This document shows positions 19,057-29,046 of a stretch of 64,000 nt of DNA, piece by piece. The stretch comes from an uncultured Pseudomonadota bacterium (lineage in GTDB: Bacteria > Pseudomonadota > Alphaproteobacteria > Acetobacterales > Acetobacteraceae), in assembly GCA_963764525.1 (NCBI GenBank), contig CAVXTC010000029.1:143447-207446 (forward strand), in the 5' to 3' direction. The notes beneath the pieces are model-generated. The model was not told where the DNA came from, ran no database searches, and saw only the letters and a list, made by a program, of their open reading frames with translations. Every line of letters starts with the position of its first letter. Position 1 is the stretch's first letter. The position numbers and the translations under genes were made by a program.

Positions 19057-20151
19057 CTAGCCGGCCCGGAACCGCTCGACCGCCTGCTGATCGAAGCGCA
19101 ATCCCCAGCCCGGGGCGCTCGGCAGCACCAGTTCGCCGTTGTCGATCGCCGGCGTCTCCTGGAACAGCTTCAGCATCCAGGGCATGTATTCCACGGTCAG
19201 CCCGTTCGGCACCGCGGCGATCAGGTGCAAATGAAACTCCGGGATCACGTGGCTGACCACCGGCAGGTTGAACGCCTCCGCCATGCCGGCGATTTTCAGC
19301 CACTGCGTCACGCCGCCGGCGCGCACCAGATCGATCATGACGATATCGATCGAGCGCGCCTCGATCATGTGGCGGAACGGCGTGATTCCCCAGACATACT
19401 CACCGCCGGCGATCGGGGTCGATAGCGCCGCGTTGATCCGCGCCAGGCCGGGATAGTCGTCGGCCGCCGTGACGTCTTCCAGCCAGAACAGGCCGACATC
19501 CTGGATGCACGCGCCAATGTCGATCGCTTGCTCCGGCCGCCAGCGCTGGTTGATGTCGCACATCAGCCGGATGTCCGGGCCGATCGCCTCGCGCACCACG
19601 CGCGCGCGGGTGATTTCATCGGTGACGGTCGGGGCGCCCGGCAGCGCGAGCTGCATCTTCATTTCCTTGAAGCCCGCCTGCTTCAGGCGCGCCGCCGCCG
19701 CGGCTGCCTTGTCGTGCGTCAGGCCGCGCCGCAACGCACCCGAGGCGTAGGTCGGCACGCGGTCGCGCGCGCCGCCGAGCAGCTTCCACAGCGGCTGGCC
19801 GAGCGCCTTGCCCTTGATGTCCCACAGCGCCATGTCGATGGCTGCCGCGGCCAGCGTGAAAATGCCGCCGCTCTCACAGCCCGCGGCGGCGGCGCGCAGC
19901 TTCCTGGCGGCGGCTTCCGGGCGCAGCGGATCGTCGCCGACGATCAGTGCGCCCAGCGCATCGACCGCTTCGCGCAACGCACGCGTCAGGGCGCCGCCGT
20001 AGAAGGTGAGGCCGATGCCCTCGATGCCGTCGTCGGTGTGCATGCGCAAGATGACGATCGGGCGCATGGCGCCGTCGCGCTCCGGCGCGTTGGCGAGGGG
20101 CTCGTCTTCCGGGATGCTCAGGATGTCGGTTTGCAGGCGGGCGATCTTCAT
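19057..20151 (-). CDS. mandelate racemase/muconate lactonizing enzyme family protein (enolase superfamily)
   Basis: MKIARLQTDILSIPEDEPL.., MR_MLE core ..KMQLALPG..CDINQRW..FWLEDV... ATG 20149-20151 after AAGGGA. The stop lies 3 nt from the rplT stop (convergent). Confidence 0.85.
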   Translation of the reverse strand: MKIARLQTDILSIPEDEPLANAPERDGAMRPIVILRMHTDDGIEGIGLTFYGGALTRALREAVDALGALIVGDDPLRPEAAARKLRAAAAGCESGGIFTLAAAAIDMALWDIKGKALGQPLWKLLGGARDRVPTYASGALRRGLTHDKAAAAAARLKQAGFKEMKMQLALPGAPTVTDEITRARVVREAIGPDIRLMCDINQRWRPEQAIDIGACIQDVGLFWLEDVTAADDYPGLARINAALSTPIAGGEYVWGITPFRHMIEARSIDIVMIDLVRAGGVTQWLKIAGMAEAFNLPVVSHVIPEFHLHLIAAVPNGLTVEYMPWMLKLFQETPAIDNGELVLPSAPGWGLRFDQQAVERFRAG

Positions 20152-20332
20152 GGCTGGGTCCCTTCTGGCGGGCCAGTGTGGCATGCCGGGGGCGGCTGCA
20201 CCACGCGGCAGCCAGGTTGGGGCCTACCCGGCGGTGATGCAAAGCTGTCCCGCTAACAGCATGATGTGGCGCTCGTTCACGAAATCCCTGGTGACCACAA
20301 GTTTGGGCGAACCAAGAAGAGCCGTTGGCAAT

Positions 20333-20614
20333 CTAAGACACCTTAACCGCAAAAATATCATGAAACTGAGCGACACATTCCGAGCAAATAGTCACGTTCG
20401 GCTCGGCGCCTTAACGGAGTCCGGGGCTGCCTCGGCCGCAGAACGAACATGAGACCGAAGATGACGGAGTTTGTGCACCCTCCAGAAGCGAATTGATCGC
20501 CACGGAAATTAACCCAAGCGCTCCGTTCGCGTAGCTTTCATTCCCCTTAGAGTCAAAGAGGCGATATGCCGATATACCCTGCTCGATGGCGGCATGGAAG
20601 TCTCGACTGGACAT
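20333..20614 (-). pseudogene. small protein with C-terminal ClpX-type C4 zinc-finger, interrupted by an in-frame TAA
   Basis: ..SCSFCGRGSPGLR-TAA(20411-20413)-GAEPNVTICSECVAQFHDIF..TAG(20333-20335) reads through in one frame and gives the CxxC..CxxC ClpX zinc-ribbon pattern. It lies in a low-GC islet. The start (ATG 20612-20614, or further upstream) is uncertain. Confidence 0.4.
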
Positions 20615-20882
20615 AGCGTCCTTCCAAGCCTTGCGAATCCTTTCAATATTTCCGAATCTGCATCGCTCACTATCACGAACCGCCAATGTTATACTGCAAC
20701 AATCAGGCTCAATTCTGATCTCTTCCGACAATACCTGGCGCGAAGATCGTCGGCAAGCCCTGGTCACAGTGCAAGAACGCGTTCGCGCAGGTATAATCCC
20801 TACGTCACGGCTACCATTTGGCACCGCGGCCCGGAAGCTGGCGGCCCTAATGTTACTGCCGGCGCCAGGTACTATCGACCGA

Positions 20883-20920
20883 CCCCTCCCCCAACCCCCT
20901 CCCACAAGGGGAGGGGGAGT
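20883..20920. repeat. C-run/G-run hairpin repeat, family B
   Basis: ccccctccc-acaa-ggggaggggg, immediately downstream of the RamB-like gene stop. Same family as the three hairpins at 43238-43332. Confidence 0.6.
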
Positions 20921-20930
20921 CGGGCATTGG

Positions 20931-22319
20931 TTACTTCTTCTCAAACCGGTACGGGCTCGCGCTGGTGGTCAGCGGGTCCAGCGCCAGTCGGTGCTCCAGC
21001 GGCGGGAAGGCGCGGCTGCGGCAATCGGGGCGGTCGCATAGCCGGCACGACAGGCCGATCCCGACCCGCGCCCGCTCCAGGTCCACTCCGTCGGCATACA
21101 CCACATCGGCCGCATGGGTCAGCGCGCATCCCATCGCCACCACGTGCGTCGGCCGCGGCTCGCCCCACTCCAGCGGGCGTGTGACGGTGCGGGCGAAGCA
21201 CAGGAACGCGGCGCCATCGGGCAACTCGGCAATCTGCACCTGCATGTCGCCGGGACGCGCGAAGGCGGTATGCACGACCCAGCGCGGGCACGATCCGCCA
21301 TAGCGGGCGAACGGAAATCCGGCGGCGGAAAAGCGCTTGGAAACGTTACCGGCCGGATCGACGCGCAGAAAGAAGAACGGGACGCCGCGCGCGCCCGGCC
21401 GCTGCAGTGACGACAAGCGCTGGCACGCCTGCTCGAACGACACGCCGAAGTGCGCCGCCAACGCCTCCGCATCGTGCCGCATCGTGCTGGCCGCGGCCAG
21501 GAACGGCGCATACGGCATCAGCAAAGCGCCGGCCATATAGTTCAGCAGCCCGATGCGGATCAGCATCGCGGCCTCGGGCGACGACGGCGCCGCCACATGC
21601 AGCACCGCATCGACCGCGTCCCGCGCCTCCAGCAACGCCAACTGGAACGCCATCTGGAAGCCGCGGCTTTCGCGCGGCAGCGCCTCCGACAGCACCAGGC
21701 TGCGTGCCGCCGGGTCATAGCGGCGCAGCGCACCGGCCAGCTTTTGCACCGTCACAGTCAGCCCATGCGCGCGGCGCAGCCGCTCGGCGATCGCGTGGTT
21801 CATCTCGTGCGGCGACGCCGCCAGCTCCGCGGCCATCGCCTCGGCCGCCGCTTCCAGTTCGGGAAAATGGTTGGCACGCTCGTGGAAGAAATCACGCGCC
21901 TCTTCGTTCGGCAGCAGGATGCGGCGGCCGGAGGGCAGCGCGATGCCGCCCGCATCCTCCCGCGCGACGCGCCAGGCACGATACAGCGCCAGCACCGCCC
22001 GCGCCGCATTCGGCGCCCCGCCGGCGAGGTGCCCGACCTCGGCATCCGGCACCGCCTCGGCGCCCAGCAGCGGATCGGCGAACACTTCGCGCAGGCTGAT
22101 TTCGAGCTGCCGCTCCTCAGTGCCCGAAAGCGCGACCAGTTCGACCCGCAGCGTCTCGGTCAGCTTGATCAGCAGCGACGCCGTGACCGCGCGCTGGTCG
22201 TGCTCGATCAGGTTGAGATAGCTGGCGGAAATGCCCAGCCGGGTGGCGAGCGCCTGCTGCGTCAACCCCCGCTCGGCCCGCAGGCGCCGCACCGTGCGGC
22301 CGATCAGTGCGCGAGTCAT
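20931..22319 (-). CDS. XRE-family HTH regulator with ImmA/IrrE-type peptidase and DUF2083 domains (RamB/short-chain fatty acyl-CoA regulator-like)
   Basis: N-terminal HTH LRAERGLTQQALATRLGISASYLNLIEHDQR. About 460 aa. Divergently placed next to isocitrate lyase, as for RamB-type regulators. Confidence 0.8.
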   Translation of the reverse strand: MTRALIGRTVRRLRAERGLTQQALATRLGISASYLNLIEHDQRAVTASLLIKLTETLRVELVALSGTEERQLEISLREVFADPLLGAEAVPDAEVGHLAGGAPNAARAVLALYRAWRVAREDAGGIALPSGRRILLPNEEARDFFHERANHFPELEAAAEAMAAELAASPHEMNHAIAERLRRAHGLTVTVQKLAGALRRYDPAARSLVLSEALPRESRGFQMAFQLALLEARDAVDAVLHVAAPSSPEAAMLIRIGLLNYMAGALLMPYAPFLAAASTMRHDAEALAAHFGVSFEQACQRLSSLQRPGARGVPFFFLRVDPAGNVSKRFSAAGFPFARYGGSCPRWVVHTAFARPGDMQVQIAELPDGAAFLCFARTVTRPLEWGEPRPTHVVAMGCALTHAADVVYADGVDLERARVGIGLSCRLCDRPDCRSRAFPPLEHRLALDPLTTSASPYRFEKK

Positions 22320-22458
22320 GTTTGACCGCCTTTACAAAAACCCGGCGCCGGCAGTGAAGCCGGCGACGCCATTGCATCCGTCGATGCTGAATGCCTGCTG
22401 AACTTCGCACCTGCAATGTCAATTATTGACGCATCCGATGTCGATCAGGAGACCCAAG

Positions 22459-23751
22459 ATGCGCCCCGCCCCTGCCCTCACCCGCGCGCCCGACGGCATG
22501 GCTTTGCACGGCGATGCCGACCGCTTCGCCGGGATCCGCCGCGATTACACGCCGGATGATGTCGATCGGCTGTCCGGAAGCTTCCGCATCCGCCACACGC
22601 TGGCCGAGATGGGCGCGGCACGGCTCTGGCACCTGCTGCGCACCGAACCCTATGTGCCGACGCTGGGTGCGCTGACCGGCAATCAGGCGCTGCAGCAGGT
22701 CAAGGCCGGGCTGCGGGCGATCTACCTGTCCGGCTGGCAGGTGGCGGCCGACGCCAACTCGGCCGGGCAGATGTATCCGGACCAGTCGCTGTATCCCGTC
22801 GATTCGGTTCCGTTGGTAGTAAAACGTATCAACGCGGCGCTGCGCCGCGCCGACCAGATCGCCCGCAGCGAAGGGACGCAGGACGACACGTACTGGATGG
22901 CGCCGATCATCGCCGATGCGGAAGCCGGGTTCGGCGGGCCGCTGAACGCCTACGAGCTGATGCGGGCGATGATCGAGGCCGGCGCCGCCGGCGTGCATTT
23001 CGAGGACCAGTTGGCCAGCGAGAAGAAGTGCGGCCACCTGGGAGGCAAGGTGCTGGTGCCGGTCGGCCAGCACATCCGCACACTGAACGCGGCACGGCTG
23101 GCGGCGGACGTGGAGGGCGTGGCGACGGTGCTGCTGTGCCGGACCGACGCGCACTCGGCCCAGTTGCTGACCGCCGACATCGATGAGCGGGACCGGCCGT
23201 TCATTTCAGGCGCGCGCACCGCCGAAGGTTTCTTCCGCATCCGTCCCGGGCTGGGGGTGGAGTACGCGATTGCCCGCAGCCTGGCCTATGCGCCCTATGC
23301 CGATCTGCTCTGGTGGGAGACCAGCGAGCCGGACCTGCATGAGGCGGAGCGCTTCGCGGACGCGATCCACCGGAAGTTTCCGGGGAAGCTGCTGGCGTAT
23401 AACTGCTCGCCCAGTTTCAATTGGCAGAAGAAACTTTCTCCGGACCGGATCGCCGGGTTCCAGCGGGACATCGCCGGGATGGGGTACCGGTTCCAGTTCG
23501 TTACGTTGGCCGGGTTCCATAGCCTGAACCATTCGATGTTCACGCTGGCGCGGGATTACGCGGCGCGCGGCATGGCGGCCTATTCCGAACTGCAGCAGGC
23601 GGAGTTCGCGTCCGAGCCGGACGGCTACACGGCAACGCGGCACCAGCGGGAGGTAGGTGTGGGATATTTCGACGCGGTCGCGGTGGCGGTTTCCGGCGGG
23701 ACTTCTTCGACCACGGCGCTATCTGGCAGCACCGAGGCGGCGCAGTTCCAC
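22459..23751 (+). CDS. aceA: isocitrate lyase (3' end anomalous: no stop codon after the conserved C-terminus)
   Basis: ICL signature [13 protein letters not shown], ..[12 protein letters not shown].., ..[12 protein letters not shown].., and C-terminus ..[15 protein letters not shown] ending at 23751. ATG 22459 follows AGGAGA. The ORF then runs on with no stop until 24582, antisense to the next gene. Confidence 0.9.
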
Positions 23752-23910
23752 GATGGGAACGGCGCGGCGGCCGGGCCGGAAGCGTACAGACGAAGGGCTG
23801 GTGCACGCGCACGGCTGGGCAGCGAGCGGGGATTGAGCAGGCAAGCGCAGCGGGGCGGAGGAGCACCGCCTGCGTCCCTTTGCGACGAAACTTGCTTACG
23901 ACTTGCAACC

Positions 23911-25191
23911 TCACGCCGGCTGGTAAATCTGCCGGAGCCGCCCCACCGCGTCAGCGATCACCTCCCTGGTCGATCCGCCGGCGCAGGCCTTGGTGAACAT
24001 ATCGGGCACCACGTGTTTCGCCACGCTTTCCGCCTGCGGTCGGCTGATCGGCGCCGGCCAGCCCGGCAAATGGGACGTCGCAAGCGAATCGCGGTACGGC
24101 AGGTTGCGCGGTTCCACGTGCCACAGCGGTGCGTCGTCATAGGCGCGCAGCAACGGCGCGTAGTAGCCGGACGCGGCGGTGTACCAACCGCCAGCCTGGT
24201 CCGGCTGCATCAGCCAGCGCAGGAAATCCTTCGCCGGCCTCGGGTCCTCGGTGCGGCTGAAGATCGAGTGGCTGCACGGCGCCAGGACGTGGAACCGGCC
24301 CTTCGGCCCAAGCGGGTTGAGCGACTGCCCGGTCACCTTGCCGATTTCGGGAAATTCCTTCTTCGCCACATACAGGATGCTCGCCGCGTTGTTGGTGCAG
24401 GAGATCTGCCCGGCCAGGAACGCGCGGCTGTTGGCCCGGCCGGTCCACCCCGGCACGTCCGCGGACATCGTCTGCCCGACGAAGCCGCGGCAGAAATCGA
24501 CCGCACGGGCCGTTTCATCCGAATCCAGCACGATGGTCTTGCCGTCCGGTTCCACCTCATGCGCGCCAAACGACCACAGTAATGGATACAGCCAGCCATG
24601 GTTGTCGTCGAAACCATCGCCCAGCGCGAAGCCGAACGGATGGCCGGCTGCCTTGAGCCTGATCCCAGCCTCCTGCAGCTCGTCCCAGGTATCGGGAAAC
24701 GTCTGGTAGCCGGCTGCACCGAACCAATCCGTGCGCCAGTTCATGAGCTGGCCGACATTGCCGAACGGGACCGCCCTCCATTTGCCGTTGACGACAGCCG
24801 CGTCCTTCGCTGCGTCGTACCAACCGCCCGGCTGCCCGCCGATTTCACCGGCGATGTCGCTGACATCGACATATCTGCCGTCGTACAAAACCGGCCAGTC
24901 AGAGCAGGTCTGTGCCAGCCCGGGACCGGAGCCGGTCTCCGCCGCCGAGGCCACCTGCGCTTGCAGGGTACCGGCACTGACCAGCTCATACTCCACCTTG
25001 ATGCCGGTCGCTTTTTCGTACGCCGGGCCGAGGATCGTCCGGAAATACGCGTCGAAGGCGGGGATCAGGGAGGTTTCATGGATCAGCGTGAGGCTGGTGA
25101 GGGCTGCCCGCCCCCGCCTCGGCGCCAGCACCGCCCCGACCCCGGCGAGGCCGATGCCCAGAAAATCCCGGCGTGAGCGGCTCCACAGCAT
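23911..25191 (-). CDS. ABC transporter substrate-binding protein (family 1), Tat signal; no adjacent permease/ATPase
   Basis: [29 protein letters not shown] twin-arginine leader and an SBP_bac_1-like body. Confidence 0.8.
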   Translation of the reverse strand: MLWSRSRRDFLGIGLAGVGAVLAPRRGRAALTSLTLIHETSLIPAFDAYFRTILGPAYEKATGIKVEYELVSAGTLQAQVASAAETGSGPGLAQTCSDWPVLYDGRYVDVSDIAGEIGGQPGGWYDAAKDAAVVNGKWRAVPFGNVGQLMNWRTDWFGAAGYQTFPDTWDELQEAGIRLKAAGHPFGFALGDGFDDNHGWLYPLLWSFGAHEVEPDGKTIVLDSDETARAVDFCRGFVGQTMSADVPGWTGRANSRAFLAGQISCTNNAASILYVAKKEFPEIGKVTGQSLNPLGPKGRFHVLAPCSHSIFSRTEDPRPAKDFLRWLMQPDQAGGWYTAASGYYAPLLRAYDDAPLWHVEPRNLPYRDSLATSHLPGWPAPISRPQAESVAKHVVPDMFTKACAGGSTREVIADAVGRLRQIYQPA

Positions 25192-25273
25192 GATTTGCCC
25201 CGGCGATCCTGCTTTGGTTCGCTGACCCTAACAGGTTGCCGGCGTTTGTTAAGACACGCCAACGTCCACGCTG

Positions 25274-25756
25274 TCATGCTTTGGCCGGCGGTTCCCCCGG
25301 CTTGAAGTCCCCAGGCTTGGAGTCCCCAGGGGTGAAGTCCATCGCCGCGCCGTTCATGCAATAGCGCAGCCCCGTCGGCCGCGGGCCATCCTCGAACACA
25401 TGACCCAGATGGCCGCCGCAGCGGCTGCAATGCACCTCGGTGCGCGTGGTGAAGAAGCTGCGGTCCTCGGTGGTGGCGACCGCGCCCTCGATCGGTTCCC
25501 AGAAGCTCGGCCATCCGGTGCCGCTCTCGAACTTGGTCGCGGCGGTGAACACCGGCTGGCCGCACCCGGCGCAGACGAACACGCCGTCGCGCTTTTCGAC
25601 GTTCAGTGGAGAGCTGCCGGGGCGCTCCGTGCCGTGTTCCCGCAGCACCTTGAACTGCGCCGGTGTCAGTTCGGCGCGCCATTCCTGCTCGGTGTGCGCA
25701 ACCGGGAAATCCTGGGCGGGCGCTTCGTGGGTGGCGCCGCCGAACAGCCGCTTCAT
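25274..25756 (-). CDS. msrB: peptide-methionine (R)-S-oxide reductase
   Basis: ..FVCAGCGQPVF..KFESGTGWPSFW..EVHCSRCGGHLGHVFEDGP..RYCMN is the SelR pattern. ATG at 25754-25756. There is a short PGDxKPGDxKPGE tail. Confidence 0.9.
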   Translation of the reverse strand: MKRLFGGATHEAPAQDFPVAHTEQEWRAELTPAQFKVLREHGTERPGSSPLNVEKRDGVFVCAGCGQPVFTAATKFESGTGWPSFWEPIEGAVATTEDRSFFTTRTEVHCSRCGGHLGHVFEDGPRPTGLRYCMNGAAMDFTPGDSKPGDFKPGEPPAKA

Positions 25757-25828
25757 GGCGATGGTCCTTCGCTCGGTTTGGGTCAGCCGGTAGTATATGG
25801 GGCGGTTTGTGCGCCAGGAGGAATGGGG

Positions 25829-27011
25829 ATGGCTGACCTGAGGGACTCGCTGCATCCGGTGCTGCCGGACGATGCCGCCGGTGCCGCGCTGGCCGGACGC
25901 GTCTGGCGGCCGGATGCCGCCGGCCCGTCCGTGGCGGCGGTGCGCGGCGGAGAGCTTGTCGATATCACCGCCGCCTTCCCCACCATGCGCGACCTGTGCG
26001 AGGCCGCCGATCCCGCCGCCGCCCTGCGTGCCGCCGCGGGTGAGACGATCGGGCGGCTGGACGATGTGCTGGCCAATACCCCGACGGACACGCGCGATCC
26101 CGCCCGCCCCTGGCTGCTCGCCCCGATCGATTTGCAGGCCATCAAGGCCGCCGGCGTGACGTTCGCCGTCTCCATGATCGAGCGGGTGATCGAGGAACGG
26201 GCCCGCGGCAATCCCGCCGCCGCCGCGGCCATCCGCACGGAGGTCAACCGCCTGGTCGGCGACGACCTGGCGCGGCTGAAGCCGGGGTCCGAGGATGCGG
26301 CGCGGCTCAAGCAGGTGCTGATCGAGCAGGGCGCCTGGAGCCAGTACCTGGAAGTCGGCATCGGCCCGGATGCCGAGATCTTCACCAAGGCGCAGCCGAT
26401 GGCGGCGGTCGGCACCGGCATGGATGCCGGCATTCACCCGGCGTCCTCATGGAACAACCCGGAGCCCGAGGTGGTGCTGGCGGCGTCGTCGGCCGGTCGG
26501 ATTGTCGGCGCCACGCTGGGCAACGACGTGAATTTGCGCGACGTGGAGGGGCGGTCGGCGCTGCTGCTCGGCAAGGCGAAGGACAACAACGCGTCCTGCG
26601 CGGTGGGGCCGCTGCTGCGGTTCTTCGATGCGGGGTTCGGGCTGGATGATGTGCGTGAACATGACGGTGTCGCTGACCGTGCAGGGACCGGACGGATTCC
26701 ACATGCAAGGCGGGTCGTCGATTGCGAAGATCAGCCGCGACCCGGCCGATCTGGTGGCGCAAATGGTCAACGCGCATCACCGGTTTCCGGACGGTGCGGT
26801 GCTGTTCCTGGGAACCATGTTCGCGCCGGTCGAAGACCGCGACGCGCCGGGCAAGGGGTTCACGCACAAGTCTGGCGATATCGTGACGGTTTCTGCGCCT
26901 GGGCTGGGGCGGCTGGTCAACCGGATGGCGTCAACCGATGCCTGCGAGCCCTGGATTTTCGGCGCCGGCGCGCTGATGCGCAATCTGGCCCGGCGGGGGT
27001 TGTTGCGATAA
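25829..27011 (+). CDS. fumarylacetoacetate hydrolase (FAH) family protein, one frame shift
   Basis: AGGAGG then ATG 25829. ..LAPIDLQAIKAAGVTFAVSM..GNDVNLRDVEGRSALLLGKAKDNNASCAVGP.. then a 1-nt insertion near ~26655 (cgtGaacatg). It continues in ORF 26628..27011 (..MTVSLTVQGPDGF..FLGTMFAP..). Confidence 0.75.
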
Positions 27012-27065
27012 CCGCGAAGTAGGCCCACTCCCACAACAGGACGGGGCGGGGTGCGCGTCAGGTGG

Positions 27066-27837
27066 TCAAACCGTCGCCCCGAGAAAAACCTCATACCCCA
27101 CATCGAACAGATCCAGGAAATCCGCCGGCATGGTGAACCCGGTCGGATCGTCGGTAATGATCATCCCATGCTGCGACGCATGCGCGGCGATCGCGTCGCG
27201 CTTGGCGGACAAATGCCCGGTGATATCAAGCCGCACCCCTGACGGGAGCGGATCGGGCAGCTCCATCGCATCGCTCAGAGTCCACCCCCAGACCGGATAC
27301 GACAGCAGCCGTCCCCTGGTCGCCCCTGCCGCCGCCGCGCCCATACGATGGGCGGCCACGTGGTCACCGTGCGGATCATGTTGCCAGGGGGCCAGTATCG
27401 TTGGCGTTTTCGTGACGATAGGCGAGCCGGACGATCTCCGATACGGCGGCATCGAACGCCGGCCCTTCATGCGGGGCGGCGCCGTCCGGCAGGCGCAGGA
27501 ACACGAGGCGATCCTCCGCCAGCCCCAATGCCGCCGCCGCCCGTCGTGCCTCCTGCTCGCGGATGTCGCGCCGGGCGGTCGCACCGAAGCGCCGCGATCC
27601 GGGGTGGGAGGCGGCGCCGTCGGTCACAAACACCACAACCGGCGGCGTGCCGGCCTCGCAGGCCGCCGCGATCATTCCGCCGCAGCCCAGGCTTTCGTCA
27701 TCCGGGTGCGGCGCCAGCACCATCGGCGATGCACCGCCGGTGATTGCCCGAAGCGGGACAAACGGCAGGGCCCGGAAATGCCGATGCACATCGCTCGGCT
27801 TCATGGCGGCGAAACGCCGGCGTGCTATCCCGCCCAA
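27066..27837 (-). CDS. PIG-L/LmbE family deacetylase, one frame shift
   Basis: VLAPHPDDESLGCGGMIA..VVFVTDG in ORF 27376..27837. The C-terminal part ..APWQHDPHGDHVAAH.. is in ORF 27066..27584. The frame switches near ~27400. Confidence 0.7.
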
Positions 27838-28325
27838 AGCCGCGGCAGCGCACCATCCACCCCGGTCACCGGATCGGAGTGCGGCACCGGCACCGCGGCG
27901 GTATTGCGCACGGCCTCATCATGCTCGGCCGGCTTGCCGCGCCGCGTATCGGTCCTGGCGGCCATACCCTCGGGATACGCGCCGACGATCAGCAGGTCGG
28001 GCGACTGCCCCTGGTTGCAGTGCCCGACCCCGGCCGGCAGCACCACCACATCGCCGGCCTGCACCTCGAGCACGCGCCCGCCCGGTCCGCCGAACAGCAC
28101 CTGCGCCTGCCCGCGCGCGACCCCGAGCACCTCATGCGCCGTGCTGTGGAAGTGGTGGAACGGGTGAACCCCGTCACGCCAGGCCGGCGGCCAGCGGTGG
28201 GCGGCGAACAGCCGCTCGATCGCCGCCGGGTCCGCCGGCACCGCTTGGCGATATACCAGCAGCGGCAGGCGCGAGTTGGGGATCGCGCCATCATCTTCGA
28301 ATGTGAAGGTCTCGGGTTCGATCAT
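27825..28325 (-). CDS. cupin domain protein (YjlB-like)
   Basis: MIEPETFTFEDDGAIPNSRLPLLVY..HHFHSTAHEVLGVARG..GDVVVLPAGVGH. ATG at 28323-28325. Confidence 0.7.
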   Translation of the reverse strand: MIEPETFTFEDDGAIPNSRLPLLVYRQAVPADPAAIERLFAAHRWPPAWRDGVHPFHHFHSTAHEVLGVARGQAQVLFGGPGGRVLEVQAGDVVVLPAGVGHCNQGQSPDLLIVGAYPEGMAARTDTRRGKPAEHDEAVRNTAAVPVPHSDPVTGVDGALPRLWAG

Positions 28326-28383
28326 GCTTGGTTGTCTCCTGGCTGGCCGCGAGGGTAACGCAACGGCGGGCCGGAAGCTGCAT

Positions 28384-28782
28384 TCATCCTGGGCTGGGGG
28401 CCGCCTGGGCAAGCTTGCGGTCGAGCGTCACCAGTTCGGCCCCGAGCGCCCGGGCGAGCCAGAGATAGCTCGTGTCATAAACCGTCAGGCCGGTGCGCGC
28501 GGCCAGGGCCAGCACTTCGGGATGATCGACCTCGGCGGTTTCGATCCGCAGCCGGTCGCAGCGCCTGAACGCAGTCCAGACGAAATCGCGAAGTTCGGGG
28601 TGGCGCCGCGACTTCGAAAGACAGGCATTGGCGACCTCGAACAGCAGAAGCGCCGGGGCGACCAGGGTTGCCTCGTTCAGGCGTTCGGCGACAGACCTCG
28701 CCTCGGGTTCCTGCAACAGAAGGGCGACGATCGCCGAGGCATCAACGACCTTAACCGGATCCACTGCCGTCCCGGTGGCCAC
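28384..28782 (-). CDS. vapC: type II toxin, PIN-domain ribonuclease VapC
   Basis: ..VVDASAIVALLLQEPEA.. (first acidic PIN residue) and ..VYDTSYLWLARALGAELVTLD... Overlaps the upstream antitoxin gene. The start is ATG 28782 or GTG 28764. Confidence 0.8.
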   Translation of the reverse strand: MATGTAVDPVKVVDASAIVALLLQEPEARSVAERLNEATLVAPALLLFEVANACLSKSRRHPELRDFVWTAFRRCDRLRIETAEVDHPEVLALAARTGLTVYDTSYLWLARALGAELVTLDRKLAQAAPSPG

Positions 28783-29011
28783 GATCGCGGTCCTGGCGGA
28801 TCAGCTCGGCCGCTTCGCTGCGGGTTCCGTAGCCGAACTTCTGGCTTTCTTCCCAGAATTCGAAGGGGGTGAGCTTCCGGTCGGGGCGCACCGCATCTTC
28901 AATGATGGCCATCAGTTCCCCTTGCAACGAGCGGTGGTTGCGCCGCGCCCGCTGCCGCAGGCGCTCCACCACATCATCGGGGGCATTCTTCACCGACAGG
29001 TTGACGGGCAT
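28751..29011 (-). CDS. vapB: type II antitoxin, ribbon-helix-helix (Arc/FitA-like VapB)
   Basis: MPVNLSVKNAPDDVVERLRQRARRNHRSLQGELMAIIEDAV is the typical FitA/Arc-type RHH antitoxin N-terminus. ATG at 29009-29011. Confidence 0.7.
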   Translation of the reverse strand: MPVNLSVKNAPDDVVERLRQRARRNHRSLQGELMAIIEDAVRPDRKLTPFEFWEESQKFGYGTRSEAAELIRQDRDRGHRDGSGSG

Positions 29012-29046
29012 GGCACGATCCAGTTCGGCTCCATTGTGGAGCACTT

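Noticed and set aside
22426-24582. 718-aa 'fusion' of isocitrate lyase with a C-terminal 280-aa extension
   Set aside because: The extension has no family resemblance and is antisense to a convincing Tat-SBP gene. ICL homology ends at ..QFH (23751). I treat it as a lost stop and report it as a finding, not as a real fusion.
25757-26437. N-terminal 227-aa extension of the MsrB ORF (25274..26437)
   Set aside because: MsrB homology starts at MKRLFGG (ATG 25756). The upstream part is antisense to the FAH-family gene and is low complexity.
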